Shown: positions 12,867 to 25,531, counted from the stretch's first letter. The stretch is 64,000 nt of DNA from Pavona decussata (GCA_977016875.1 CDRNST010000323.1:434001-498000), one strand, 5' to 3'. Notes: generated from the letters alone by a model not told the origin. Numbers and translations are program-made.

Positions 12867-14414
12867 CCGGGAAAACAAATCTGTAAAAGATCAAAACAAA
12901 TTTAATGACCAGTCTTAATTGAGTAGACAAATTGTAGAGATTTACGCTAGAAAGGAAATGCTTACTTGATTAATTGGGATGTTGAAGAGTGGAGCATGGA
13001 TGACATTGTTGTATTCTTTGGCCTTTTTCAAGTCCCCTCCAGCAGCTTCAAACTCTGCTAGTTTGCTGCGCAGATGCTCCAAGGACCTAATCCCTTCTGG
13101 TCCTTTGGTAAATGCATCTTAACTGCAATCACAGTACACCAAAGGCAGTGATGCCGACCTATAAGTAATCGCACAATTGAGAAGGAAGTTAAGTAGCGCA
13201 TTGTTGCACCTAAGAGTGCTTATTAGAGAGGTCATTTGGCTGAATTTTTGAAGGCTCACCACTTGCTCCTGAGATGCCCATGACTTTACAGAGGAACTTG
13301 TAGTCGCCAAGTATTTGAACAACTAAGAAATTGAATGTAGAATTCTTACTGCCACTTGTTTTGCCACAAGATCATCAAGCTGTTGTTTGTAGGGCGAGGT
13401 TACTGTCAACATGTTGTTTCTATTATCTTTGGCCTCAAACAAAGAGAAAACAACGGTGTTTTTTTCGCTGGAGTTTGGCCTTTCAACATTAGCAAGCTGA
13501 AAGGTAAACTTCATGGATCCCTGGCCATGGTCTCCGCCAATCTTTACATACAGTTCATCCTGTGGGATATTTATTTCATGCCAGGTTCATTTCCCTACCC
13601 TATTAAAGAAAAGAAACAAGAATTAGACTAATTTGGGAGTAATCCATAAAGTAACCTTAAATAGTATAACAGCAAAAGAAAACTAATGGTAGTTACTCTG
13701 AATTGCTGTCAATGAAGCTGATTATTTTTTCCTTGAGATCACCATCATAGGCAGAGGGGGTTTGCGTCATTGTGGTGACCAACTTGTTTTCTCGTCTCTC
13801 TGTGTGCTCCAGTGGAAGCAGCTCAGATTCCAAGTTGTCACCAATTTGTTCTTTTTATTGTTTCCTTTGTTTGTTTGTTTTTTTCACTGTCAATTTTAAC
13901 CCACCTCTTGAACCAACTAGTGAGAAAAGGGGAAATAATTTTGAAATTAAGAAAAAACTGAAGGGATTTTTTAAATTATTTGCTGCCTTGTATAAAGAGT
14001 TACCTTCTTAGTTTGTTCAGTCGTAACCATGGCAGACCAATATCTGTCTTCATTGTAAGGGCCTCTCCTTCAGGAACGTTAAAGGCCAAGTCCTTTCCAA
14101 GTACCTCATTCAGCAGCTGGCGACACTCTTGCTTCTGGGCCTTCAGCTGCTGAATGCGGTGGATGGTGGACTTACAGCTGTGCCCAGACTTACCCGCTTA
14201 CAACTGTGCCCAGGGTCTGCAAGGTCTTGGTCCGGTTTCTAATTTGTTGTGGGGTCACCACATCACTGGGCTTTTAAGGGTTGTGGCACTGCAACTGTAA
14301 GTCTAATGGGCTTGAAAAAATTATGGATATAACATGGATCATAACTTTGCATGAAAAAGATGTTTGAATTAATTACCAGAACAAACTTTTTCAACATTGT
14401 TAATTAAAAAGTAC

Positions 14415-15032
14415 CTTTCCGCGTGTTTTAAATAAAGCTGTTTTGCCATCAGTCTTGAGCTTGGACTTCACAATCAAAGTCCCCATCTTTTCCGCCTCTT
14501 CCCTTGGCGAAGGTCCTCCATAGCTTCCTCCAAGGTGACTGCCATGGGTGGATCTCTTGCAGGTCCAGGAATAGGGTTGAGGAGTTTGGCTTCCACAACA
14601 GGGTTTTGTCTAGGTTGGTCAGGCTTGTCGACTGATTTTGCGCAGAAGTGGTTATTTTGGCCTTCATAGGAGAACTCGCCACCACAATCAGTACTTTAGG
14701 ACCTTTGGGCGGCCCCTTCCTACCCCACCTTTCATTTTCTCCTTCGCAAAACTAAATGTCACACAGTTTTCATCAGTGTGAATGTGCCAAAACACTGGCC
14801 CTTCTACATGGGTCGGGGAGAGGTAGCAAAGATTACAGAAATGAGTTGGGTGTATTTCGGGGTCGTCATTTGAAACATTAAGTCTGAACTTCTTTTTCAA
14901 AAATTCTTTGTTTTCATCACAAGGATGGCTTCTTTCATGTGTATCACTGAACTTTTTCAAAAATTGGGCACATATGCGGCAAAGTTTTCTCAACATCTCG
15001 TGTTGCTCTTGCCCTAGGGTAAAGGTGGCCAT
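14415..15032 (-). pseudogene. Chapaev first exon 1b: second Chapa domain without RING
   Basis: Own ATG at 15032; CRICAQ...IHPTHFCNLC...WHIHTDENC, GRGRPK, ends ...DGKTALFKTRGK|GTACTT. Paralogous to exon 1a; frameshifted. Confidence 0.75.
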
Positions 15033-15123
15033 ATTGAAGTCAATGACAGTTGCAACTAAGCAATGTTAAAATTGGTTGTTATTTGCGTGTACGAATTGTA
15101 AACAATGCAATTGTTATAGTTAC

Positions 15124-16107
15124 CTTGCTTTGTGTCCTGAGAAGAGCAGACTTTCCATCAGCTGACCATTTCATCTTTGATTTAATCAGCACGGTCCCCA
15201 GTTTTTCAACCTCTGGGGACACTTTTCCCTTCCTTAACTGCTCAAAAGCATCCTGTAGTGTTGGAGCTGCATTCTGAGCAGGGGGAACTGCAGTGGAAGC
15301 TGCAGGCTGAAGTGGGGGAGCTGCAGCAGGTGCAAGTACAGGTCATGCAATGACAGGGGGTGTAGAGAGGCAAATGTGGTGACCCGAATCGTCATAATTT
15401 ACTTGACAATTGCACTTATTGCATTCGACTTTCAACTCTCCTATTGAACGTAGGAGTAGTCTTGTTGCTGGTTTAATTTGAAGATCATTAAGATCTGTTT
15501 TGCACACTGGGCATGCAGCCAATTGGCTTGCCTCGAGAGCTCTGGAGAAGCAAGCAGTGCAAAAGTAGTGTTCACATGATGTTTCTCAGGGCATGTCTAG
15601 CATGTCCTTACAAATACGGCAGTAAAGATCAGCCTGAACAGTTTCTTTAAAATGAAAATTAGCCTCAAAATCTGCTGCCCTGTAAGTGCCTACGGATTTA
15701 CTGATCTCCAATAATTTTGTTTTCAGACCTTCCAGATTTGACAGGGTCTTCTCGGCTGTTTGTCCCGATTTCTCGTTCTCAGATTTACGACCCCTTTCTG
15801 CTTTCCGAGGTCTTCCACCCTTGCTTATTTTTTCGACAATGGAGATGCAGGTTTTACAATTCTCGTCGGTGTGAATCTCCCAGTAAACTGGAACACGAGC
15901 GTTCACTGAAGACAAGCAAGCGTTACAAAATCGTGGAGGATGGATTGATATGTCATCCTTTTGCACATTCAACTGGTATTTTTGTGCTAGAAACTCTGCA
16001 CTTTCAATACAGCTGTATCTTGATTCGTATCTCTCTTTTTGTTTTTTTAATCTTCCTCCACAGATACGACAGGGACGACCAGTCAGATCTTCTATAACAT
16101 CTGTCAT
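15124..16107 (-). pseudogene. Chapaev first exon 1a: Chapa domain + basic motif + RING finger + ZFA-like zinc finger
   Basis: CRICKDMLDMP*ETSCEHYFCTAC...CPVC (RING), LKVECNKCNCQVNYDDSGHHIC (ZFA-like), Pro/Ala linker, ends ...DGKSALLRTQSK|GTAACT. Two premature TGA codons. Confidence 0.8.
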
Positions 16108-16623
16108 TGAATGTATGGCGGACTACAAATAACTTGCGTATTAATTTTGGCCTGCACTCGATCAGACAAAGTTCTAGTAAAACAGCGATTGTACTTTTGA
16201 GAGCACATATGCTGGAGGAGTACAGATATACGGGTAGTTACGTTTTAAAACTTCAACTTCACGCTGAAACTGAGATCAAAGTTCCTTTATTTCAACACAC
16301 ACCTTTCCGCCATTGCAAAAGCATTTGGACTTGTGCGGTTTTTCAAAACCGTGATATGACACGCAACATCCAAATTATATCTCTTTATTATTATGATTTA
16401 TACATAAACTATTCAAGATATGCTTATTGCGCATACATTTTTTTCAACACCCTCTACCACGTATCACGTTTTACAAATGCATTTTAATATCCTTCTTACA
16501 CAGCTCTTTGCGAGTTGGGTATTAACCGGGATATTAACTGTGACATATGACCCGTAGTTAATAAAGTGCGGTTACCAACTAAATTTCCGCTCAAAAGCTA
16601 TTTGAAAGCGACGTGTACTACTG

Positions 16624-17220
16624 TCAATCAATCAATCAATCTTTATTCCTCCTAAGATAAAAAGACATATCTTAAGTTACATTTATTGTTAGAAGTAAAC
16701 ATACAGTATATAGATAATAGAAAGATTAAAAATTGTATCTAAAAATAACCCTATTTACGAAAGCATTTTTAAATCTGTCAGTCTTAATCTCCGGGCGATG
16801 TGCTGTTTTGTTTCTAAGTTGATACTTAGTTTCTTTCTTGTTCGGGATAATGTGACTAAGCGGGCAATTGGGATCCACTGAGCAAACCTTGAAAAGTTTC
16901 TTATCTGCCTTTACTAAAAGCTCTCGAATATCCATTCTTTTAGATATATATTTCCTTTTGAAGCATCTATCCAGGACGTTTTGTATGACTGTAAGATCTT
17001 AGTCTACAGCGCCATAAACAGACCATAAGTGAAATTCGGTTAAACTAAGGCGCTAAATAGGCGGTCTACTTCAACTTGACTAAAACCTTCCTTCCTTCCG
17101 TAATGATCTAATACAAATAGACACTTATTTGCCATAATCAGCTTAGCACGTACATGTTCGCTATATTTACAATTCTCCTGAAATGTAACACCTAAAATGG
17201 GGAGCTCCGTGCATTCAGTA
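16624..17220 (-). mobile_element. 5'-truncated LINE (L2/CR1 group) 3' end
   Basis: RT C-terminus ...ADKKLFKVC...PLSHIIP...YQLR...IKTDRFKNAFVNR; AATAAA followed by a (GATT)n tail at 16624-16646. Confidence 0.8.
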
Positions 17221-17329
17221 ATGTCAGTGTCTTGTATTCTTCAAATTGCCGAAGTCTTACAACTACAGTGTAATTATCCCAGGCTCTCCAAAGTGTCTTC
17301 TAGTTAGCAGCAATTTTGTCAAGATTTAG

Positions 17330-17649
17330 CGATCTGGCATCGGTATTCCACCTGGTAAAGAGGACTTTTGCTGCCTTTGTGCATTTCCAACAGGTGCTGT
17401 ATTAGTTGTTGCCGTATTTGTGGCTGTAGTTGTGGCTTTGCCGCTGCTTGACATCTTGAATTTTTGCCTCAATTTATTTCTGACACCATGGTTGAGTCTT
17501 AAATCAATAGCTAACAGGTTGTTCAGCAGACAAGTGAATACTAACAACTAAGTTTGTGTTCAGGTTACCAAACTGCTAACAATGCACATGTAACTATGGA
17601 AATTAGTATGCAAACAATTAGAACTATGTCACATCTACATATCATAACA
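17330..17649 (-). mobile_element. Gypsy-type LTR fragment: short LTR (17489-17649), PBS and gag start
   Basis: TGTTATGATATG...CA immediately followed by TGGTGTCAGAA (tRNA-Leu-type PBS), then MSSSGKATTT...LPGGIPMPD. Confidence 0.7.
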
Positions 17650-18432
17650 GCGGTTTATCAGCGGAAACGAAGGTGTAGTTAGTGAGACTGTCCAAAAAGT
17701 GTGGGCAAGTAGCCCAATTTTTACTGCATCGATAAAAGCTGTAAGGGAGTTGTGGGTGAGGATTAGTCCAGTTAGAAGAAAGTTAAGCTCTAATTAAAAC
17801 CAATAAGTTACGTAGGTTGGGAGATCGTCTAAAGGCCACAACAGGTAAATGGGAAAAACCTGAATTGATGTTTCATTGGTATATAGAGAATAGCTAGAGA
17901 GGTTAATAACAGAAGATTATTATCTAGTTGAATGTTAGCGGGTTGGGGTTTTTGGCGAGAGCGTTAACATTTGGGTGTGACATTAGAAGATTGAGTTGAG
18001 TTAGAGATGTCATGTGTAATGTTAGAAGACGTGTCGTTATTATGTGTAATGCTGTTGACCTGTGGGTTAACAAGGCTGTTATTAGTATTTATGTTGTCAA
18101 TAATATGGTGGATGGGAGCAGTCTTTCTGGTACGTCGGTTGGCAAGAAGAGACTCAAGGGATAAGGCCATAGAATCCAGTTTAGCTGAGTACAACTAAAA
18201 TTTCTCCCCTGTATAGGAATTGCATAACAGTTCCATGTGGTGTGAAAGTTCTTTTGAAAGCGTCTTGATCTTGTGTTTGCATTTGGTGATTAATAGCATC
18301 AGGTGTGAAATGTATCTCCTTTGCGATAATAGTTCATGTATAGAGGCAGTAGCTGTGGGTAAAGTGATGCTGGAATGTAGTTGTTTTCTTTGTAAAAGGA
18401 ATAGTTCAGAAGGTGATGTTTATGTCGTGTTA
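17650..18432 (-). mobile_element. Penelope-like element 5' ORF fragment
   Basis: N/T-rich stretch followed by VINLSSYSLYTNET; 18225-18432 is homologous to 22480-22710. Confidence 0.55.
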
Positions 18433-19245
18433 GCATTGTAAAAGCTGACCAGTAATTAAAACCGAAAAAAAAAGGGCTAAAGTTTGAATCTAAGGTAACT
18501 GTATTTTTATTGGTCAGTATAAACTTTCAGTCCTCTAGACCCCATAATGCTCAAGGTTTTTTAAGAGAATTTCATGGTTTACTGTATCAAAAGCCTTGGA
18601 TAGGTCAAGAAAAAATGGCAACAGTGTATTCTCTGGTGTCAATAGCGGATGAAATTTTGTCATATAACTGGATAAGTGCTAGAGAGGTCGAGTGTTTTTT
18701 CCAAAATCTGAACTGATTTTAAGACAGGATGCTAAGCTTATTTAAAAAGGTAGAAGGCGATTGAATATCACCCGTCCAAACAACTTGGAAATAGGTTGTT
18801 ATGTCAACATGACCTTTTATTTTAGGTTATGTAACCTTTTGATTTTGGTTAAAACAACCATATTTTGTGGTTGTCAAACCATTTAAAATTGTTATAGTAA
18901 CCTCAGTTTTTTGGTTCTGTCAATGAATCTGAGGTAACCAATTAAAAATGGTCAAACAGTGGTCAAATTAACCATTTTATTTCTTACAAGTTACAAATAG
19001 GTTATTTTAATGGATAAGAATAGATTCCAGTGACTACAAAATAAAGCTCAATTTACCCTTTTTAATGGTTATTTTAACAATTCTGTCCACCCAAGAAAAT
19101 GCAAAAGAATTGGGACATACAGTTCTTACAATAATCTTTAGTGGTTATTTTGAAAAAAAAAAATATTTGCTTCAAAACTCTAACAACTAGAAAAAACTAT
19201 TCTTCAAAATTAAAGTAAAAAAAGGGAGTTTGCAATGGTTGTAAA

Positions 19246-19540
19246 TTAAATACAAATTTTTGAAAAATCCAAGCCTGTGGCGCTTGCAAATCCAGGCAAC
19301 ATGTGCTCCAGTAACAGAAGCACATTCTTGTCACTGCCAGCATCACCCTTTGGAAATTCCATGTTCAAACAATAGAAGCTCCCCAAAAGGTTAACAACTG
19401 CAGTGAGAATGTCAGGTGGCCTGAATTTATAAACTACCATTCCTTCTGAGGCCAGGAAGAGTTTATTTAATGACTGCAAAATCCCCGGTGCTGATAAGCC
19501 TTGGGAATGTTGATGACACAACAAGTTCTTCTACAACTTG
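19246..19540 (-). pseudogene. C-terminal exon of a CACTA/EnSpm-type accessory ORF
   Basis: AVVNLLGSFYCLNMEFPKG...NVLLLLEHMLPG motif; further probable exon remnants at 21370-21700. Confidence 0.5.
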
Positions 19541-19652
19541 ATCAATTTTCTTCCTCTGTTAAATTGGAAAAAGGCGAATTAGCTTCCATTCTTTATACAG
19601 AGAAAGATAATGAAAGGTAGTTGCCATTTTCTAGAAGAATTCCGACTTAGTT

Positions 19653-19693
<41 letters not shown>

Positions 19694-19694
19694 C

Positions 19695-19862
19695 AGAATC
19701 AAAATCATTCTTATAGGCTCACATATACTTTCAGCAGGAAGTGATTTGTCTTGACATGTGTTTAGAAAATGGGGGCAGGCTTCAATGCCTTCGTTGTGAG
19801 GAATATTGGTATATAATGAGGAAACATCCAGGGTGACAAGGAGGGCGTTGTCCGGAAGAGTT
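19695..19862 (-). mobile_element. Penelope-like reverse transcriptase fragment
   Basis: [29 protein letters not shown]...ICEPIRMIL. Confidence 0.8.
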
Positions 19863-20074
19863 CTTGAACCACATAAATCCCCGGGGCTGATAAGCCTCAG
19901 GAATGCTGACAACACAATGAGTTCTTCTAGAACTTGATCAATATTTTCACGCTGTAAAAATTAAAAAAAGGTGAATTAACTTCCATTCTTTATACAGAGA
20001 AAGATAATTGGCATTTTCTATAACAATGCCGACTTTGTTTGAATAATAATAATAATAAAATATGATAATCTACC

Positions 20075-20162
20075 ACAGTGAAATCTCTTTAGCTGAACAC
20101 CATGTTGACGAGCTTTATAGCTGACCTTCTTATAAGGGTGTCTGCTTAAAGACAGTACGCTG
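20075..20162. mobile_element. Short degenerate Tc1/mariner-type MITE
   Basis: CAGTGAAATCTCTTTAGCTGAACACC ... GGTGTCTGCTTAAAGACAGTACGCTG|TA imperfect inverted ends. Confidence 0.4.
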
Positions 20163-22025
20163 TACTCCCAACTGGAGATAAACCTGCAACGTTCTGCACG
20201 CTGGTTGGATCATCTAATCACTGGACTATATTCAAGTTAATTTCCCAACTTGCATTAACAAACCAGGCAGTTTACGAGCAAAGGTGAAGGTGGAGGTGAC
20301 CAACTAAACTCTGGACACCTTATTTCTTATGTGTACAAGCATACCGATATTGTTCTTAAATTTGGTGTTTAACTGTTCTATTCACACTGATACCTTGGCT
20401 CTGATCCAAAAGGACTGGGAGCTTGATTGTGCGCCTTTTCGTTTCTCAGTAGAAAAAAAAGGAAGTACTGCCATCATACAATGGTTTTGAAATCAGACAA
20501 AAGAACAACAATTAAAATAATTAAAAGCCATTTGTTATACAATTAGAATGATTTTCAGTGGAGTGTTGTAAAACCAAAACCAAAGTAATTACTCTGACCA
20601 ATCACGACAGACATAAATAACTTTATAAACTAATCAGAATTCGTAGCAAATACATGTAACAGGCACCAAAAAGCAGGAAAACGTTTGCGGCCATGTCACT
20701 TCTCACTGGTTGAGAAAGTGGCGGGAGCTTTATCAACCAATCAAAGAGCATAGTAAAGCAATACTAAAATAAACACAAATTGAACACTGAATTGAAATTG
20801 AAAACCGCTCTAAAGCAACAAAAAGAGAGTATGCACTGTGCTATGTTTGTTGCCCACAGCCTTTTAAGAGTTACAATAATGGCACATCATATGCTAAAAC
20901 CAACCAAAATTGGTTATTCAAATAGTACAATCTAGACATCTGGACAATACATGTACTGTAAGTGTTTGTACTTCATATTAATTTGTAGTGATTTACTAGT
21001 AAGCAGCACACCGCCACTGGTCTTGCTACAGGGTTCCGTTCCTCCAACTGTTTTAGCATCATTGTTATAGTTTGTCAAGGAATTAACAACTATAATATCC
21101 AAATGCACTAAATTACTTTCTATTTAACCCTTTAGACCCCAATATCAACATGCAAGTCCTCCTGAATGCCTATGTTTTCTTATGGCACTAGTTGGAAGAA
21201 ATTTTTTTTCTACATCAAGGCATTTTATCTTAAACGATCAGTTTCTTTAATAAGTTAATTTGAGCCAGCAGTTTTAGCAATAAGTGATATTTTAAGGATA
21301 AATTAGATGCTTGGCATCATTGGGGCTTAAAGGTTTACCATTACATATGGTGTATCTTATGTTCAAGTCAGGGTATAAACAGTAAAAAACCCAACGAAAT
21401 TCCAGACATGGCAAGACTTATTAAGTCCTTTGTCACAGGAAGTGCAATGTTTAATTTTGGGATGTATGTATTTGGAGTTAAATTTAAATTTAAAGTAGCT
21501 CTGTTAAGCTGTTGTCTAAAAGGACATTTTAGAAAAGTAATTATTTCACTACCTTCTTCATTGAGAAACTCCACCCTTGTTGGTATATTTTCCAAGAGCA
21601 GACAGCAACTTCTTCCTCCAGCCTCCAAAAAATCTTTCCTTGACAACCTTGTTAATCTCAGGCTCATCAAGAATTCTTCCGAGCTCTGCTCTAATCTAAA
21701 ATAGAGAGGTCTTATCAGAAATTGAATATTGTATTCACATGTTTACCAAACCACCCTCTCTATATGGTAACATACATCCATAGTAACCATTGACACAGGA
21801 CGTTAAGCGTTTGCATTTTATGTCTCTGTACAGTTAGCAACCAGAACTGTCAAAATCAATACAAGTACAAAATGTGCATACATTTATTTGAATCAATTCA
21901 TTCCTTGCATTTTAGATAAGAATAGTACATTCTTGCTCTATAAAAACACTTAAATTATATGATTGTATGAAATAAACAACTTTACAAGTTAGGATGTAAA
22001 TATTGGCATAATGTTACTTTTGCAG

Positions 22026-22292
22026 CAGCACCAATGTCTGGCGTCTGGGTAGACTTCTCACTTCAATGATAATTGGGAATCTTGTACCATCAGAAGATGA
22101 AAGGTGGCAGTTATTCAATATCCTCCTTGACATCAATGACATCGTGTTTTCACCTGTTGTAAACGAGGACAGCATTGGGGTGCTTGAAGGTTTAATTGAG
22201 GAGGATTATGCCACATTTATTGGCTTGCATCCCGGGAGATCAGTTATTCCATTGATGCATAACGTGATTCATTTCCCATCACAAATGCTTAG
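22026..22292 (+). pseudogene. CACTA/EnSpm-like transposase exon
   Basis: MIIGNLVPSEDERWQLF..LLDI.DIVFSP...LEGLIEE...F..LHPGRSVIPLMHNVIHFPSQMLR; homologous to 51149-51504. Confidence 0.75.
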
Positions 22293-22479
22293 GTCAGACT
22301 CTTATAAGCAGCAATTTCAAAGCTATCCAAATATTGCTCGGGGAGGAGGGTACTTGGTGCATGCAGGCTTAATGTACTGCACGTGAGGTGTATCATCTCA
22401 CACACTTCCAACATGGAGATGTAGCCTAAAAATGGCTTAGTTGAGTACAACAAAAATTCATCCGGTGTATAGGAATTGT

Positions 22480-22990
22480 ATAAGAGTTCCATGTGGTGGG
22501 AAAGTTCTTTTAAAAGCGTCTTGACCTTGTGTTTGCATTCAGAGATTAATAGCTTCAGGTGGCGGTAAGCAGCGGAGTGTTAAATGTATCTCCATCATCA
22601 ATAGTAGTTTAAGTATAGTGGCGGAATCAGTGGGCATAGTGATGCTGGAATGTAGTTGTTTTCTTTGTAAAAGGAATGGTTCAGGAGGTGATGTTTATGT
22701 TGTGTTAGCTTGAGGTAAATTCTTTTCGTGGCATTGGAAAGGCCTGTATATGCGTATGGTGTGGGTGGGTCTGAGGCTGCTGTTGTACATTGTCTGGGCG
22801 TAATAACAGGATAAGGTCCGACGTAGGTTCAATATCCATGCACGTTGTAAATGAGGAAGCAAGGGCCAGTGGAACAAATGACAAGAAAAGAGAAGAACGT
22901 GTGTACGACGACCACTTGACAGCTCAAGTTGACTTGGAAAGGGTATTGGTAGATGCCATAACATGAGTAGAATGGAAAGACCCAATACAA
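22480..22990 (-). mobile_element. Penelope-like element 5' fragment, second copy
   Basis: Nucleotide homology to 18225-18432 (AGTTCCATGTGGTG...GTGATGCTGGAATGTAGTTGTTTTCTTTGTAAAAGGAAT). Confidence 0.5.
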
Positions 22991-23336
22991 ATTATCCATG
23001 AGACGATGTCAATGTCCATGATTAAAAGAAGAAATAGCAGGTAAAATCGGATCTGTCTGAAGATCTACAGTTGAAATCCAAAGTGAGTAATGTCTAAGTA
23101 ACAACTGTGGATGATAATCCTGCTGGTATAAGTCAGTCACCATCCAATAGATAAATAAGAGAACCAAACTTTTATCATAGTAATAATCATCATGCAATGT
23201 GTGCTTCAACGAAACAAGCTGATTGGCCAAGTTACCTAGATAAAAAAAACACGACTTGTACTTGTGACCTGTGAGATATATGACCTGTAAAAACAGCACT
23301 CAGAAAGCACCGTTTTCAACTTGTATTACAGGAACA

Positions 23337-24741
23337 TTACTTGCGTGTAGTGGACAGTGTGTATGACTTAAGTTTAGGCCGTAGCATTTCATCCGCATCA
23401 ACACTGACTTTTGCCGTCCTAATCTTCAGGTCTCTCTCTACTTTAGCATTCACGAATTCGTTGATGCATGCATTCACCAACTTTTGCACCAATGCTTTTT
23501 TAAAGTCCACTGGCAACCTCAGAATTTGAGGCACCCTCGACCGAAGAAGGGGATGCGGTAAGCAATCTAAAATCTATTTCTAGTTCTTCATTATTACGTA
23601 CAGAGGACTGGCGCATCTCGTTAAATTTCGTTGGATACCTTTGTAGGTTTGCATCACAAGGAAACTCTCAAACATTTTCATCTACATTTCTAAGAAAGGG
23701 AATAACTTCAGTCCTAAGGAAAACCAGGTTTCCTTTGTCAAAGTTTTGCAGACTAACTGAAATGGACGATTTTTCTTTCATTGTCAAGTCCTGAAGCAAA
23801 TCATGCTTGAGCTCCATGTTTCCTCTTCTCCTGTGCGACACTTTTCCACCTTTCTTTTGTTGTTAAGTTTATCTTTGCAGTTTAGTCATCCTGTGAAGTG
23901 CCGCTCCACTATACCTGTAGAGAGTGTCCTCAGATTCTGGACATAGTTTTGATTTGATTCTATCTGAAGTCGAAGCATTTGTTTTTCTTCTCTCCACATG
24001 TGCATGCATGCAGGGATAAACCATTTCGTGTATAAGGCTAATAACCCATGGACCACTTCGCAGTTAAACTGTTGTCCTTCTACAAATCTCTACACGATCG
24101 AGCGTCTTGCGAACCCCTTCCAGGTCGAAAATTGTTAAGCATCTTCATCCAAGCCACTGAAAATGCAGCTTTCCTATTCGGCTTATCGGGTAACATGGAA
24201 CATTCACGAGCAAGTGTTGACAACTTGCGGCAAAATTCAGCAATTAGAAGCTGATAATGAGGCTTTTCTGCTTGGCTGAGTACGTGCTTTGTGAAGAGTT
24301 CCCTCTCGGGAAATGCTTTCGCTCGTGAGATTCCACAACTTTTTGCCGAATTTCAGCTGCCACTTGAGCAGCATACTCAGCTGAAAATATCCAAGAGGCT
24401 AGCTCTTCTTTGTCGTCATTTTTTAAATGGGTATCTTTTCTGGTTCGCTTTTTCTTTGTAGTTACTCTCACGGCCACAGTCAAAGTAACAGGCTGGGTTT
24501 TCTTCCTTTTAGAACCCAATGCACGCAAAACAGTGCTCTTCTCTTCGATTTCTGAGTGAACTTCAGTTGTACTTGTTTCTGAACTGGCACTATGGGAAGG
24601 ACTTTCAAACTCTGACTCATTTGAATCTACATTTGAACAGCTTAAACTACTAGAGGATTCCTCGCGTCTGTCCACCATTTGGTTTTCTTTTGTAAGCCGG
24701 CAGAACTTCCGGTGATGCAATGCGTTATTTGGATTGGTCAT
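23337..24741 (-). pseudogene. Degraded intronless transposon-associated ORF of unknown function
   Basis: S/E-rich and basic N-terminus, then DTLYRYSGAALHRMTK...FDKGNLVF...KLVNACINEF...DADEMLRPKLKSY; loosely resembles the P-element/THAP9 C-terminal region; multiple stops and frameshifts. Confidence 0.45.
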
Positions 24742-25531
24742 CGAGGTCCTGCGGGAATCTAATATTCGGGGAAAATTTGAATCTAAAAAGTAAATTGGTC
24801 TGTGAAAACGTCGTGACAGGAATATAGGGCCGCTGCACGCTCCAGGTAATGGGCTCCTGTATATGTTGGATCAATTTTTGATCTGATCAGCTTTACAAAT
24901 ACAAATGATCAGAGAAGCAGAAACCGATACAATGTAGAATTACTTCTCAACGTGTTAGATACCATAAAGGTTTGAATAACATTGGTGACATTTCTTGTTA
25001 CATATTTGAGCAAATAATTACACTTGCCGTATTTGTTGTTTTTATTCAATATATTTTGTACATGGCCATTTTCAATTCTTTTTATTTTTTTACAATGGTG
25101 TCCTTTAAGATCGAGCTAAATGGCTATTCTCTGGTGCATATTTTTCACATATGTTTAAAGTTGTGTAGACTCAAAGAGAGGCATTAAAAGAATTTCGTTT
25201 GTATGGTCAACAAAGGTTGAGAAGTGTTTATTCACTTCACCCCTCTGAGTGAGACTGGTTACTTACTCTACATTCCAGTGGTAAAGTGCTACCTGAACAG
25301 CCTAACCCATAACATTACACAAATAACAAAAAAGGTTATTTAGGTGAATGCCTTTATTACATTACATCCAGCGAACTCTATACAGTACAATTACAAACAA
25401 TAAGAATATTTTATAATACATCAGTACAAAGCTTACAACTTGACACTACATTACCTGGATCACATTAACTATGCCTGGATATGGTACATACCTGTTGTAA
25501 ATTACTTGAATTTTATTGTATCACAGTGAAA

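Larger units (their letters stand above)
7055..16107 (-). pseudogene. Chapaev (CMC superfamily) transposase gene with RAG1-like N-terminal domains; multi-exon, degraded, split by a BEL/Pao insertion, 3'-truncated
   Basis: Exons give Chapa domain CRICG...IHPPRFCNAC...WEIHTDENCKTC, basic KGGRPRK, C3HC4 RING, then ALTMKTDIGLPWLRLNKLRR, IPQDELYVKIGGDHGQGSMKFTFQLAN..PNS..NTVVF, GDYKFLCKVMGISGASG|RHHCLWC, PLFNIPINQ|ICFPG-[BEL]-LHISLGLFLKFY. GT-AG introns; several stops and frameshifts. Confidence 0.85.

Noticed and set aside
1-16353. ProtoRAG / RAG1-RAG2 transposon
   Set aside because: The core motifs (KIGGDHG, GDYKFL, PGLHISLG) are Chapaev-type. I found no kelch-PHD RAG2-like ORF, and CACAGTG at 5267 has no nonamer at 12-bp spacing and no partner end.
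19656-19693. Poly-isoleucine tract in ORF 19631-19915
   Set aside because: It is an (AAT)n microsatellite, not coding sequence.
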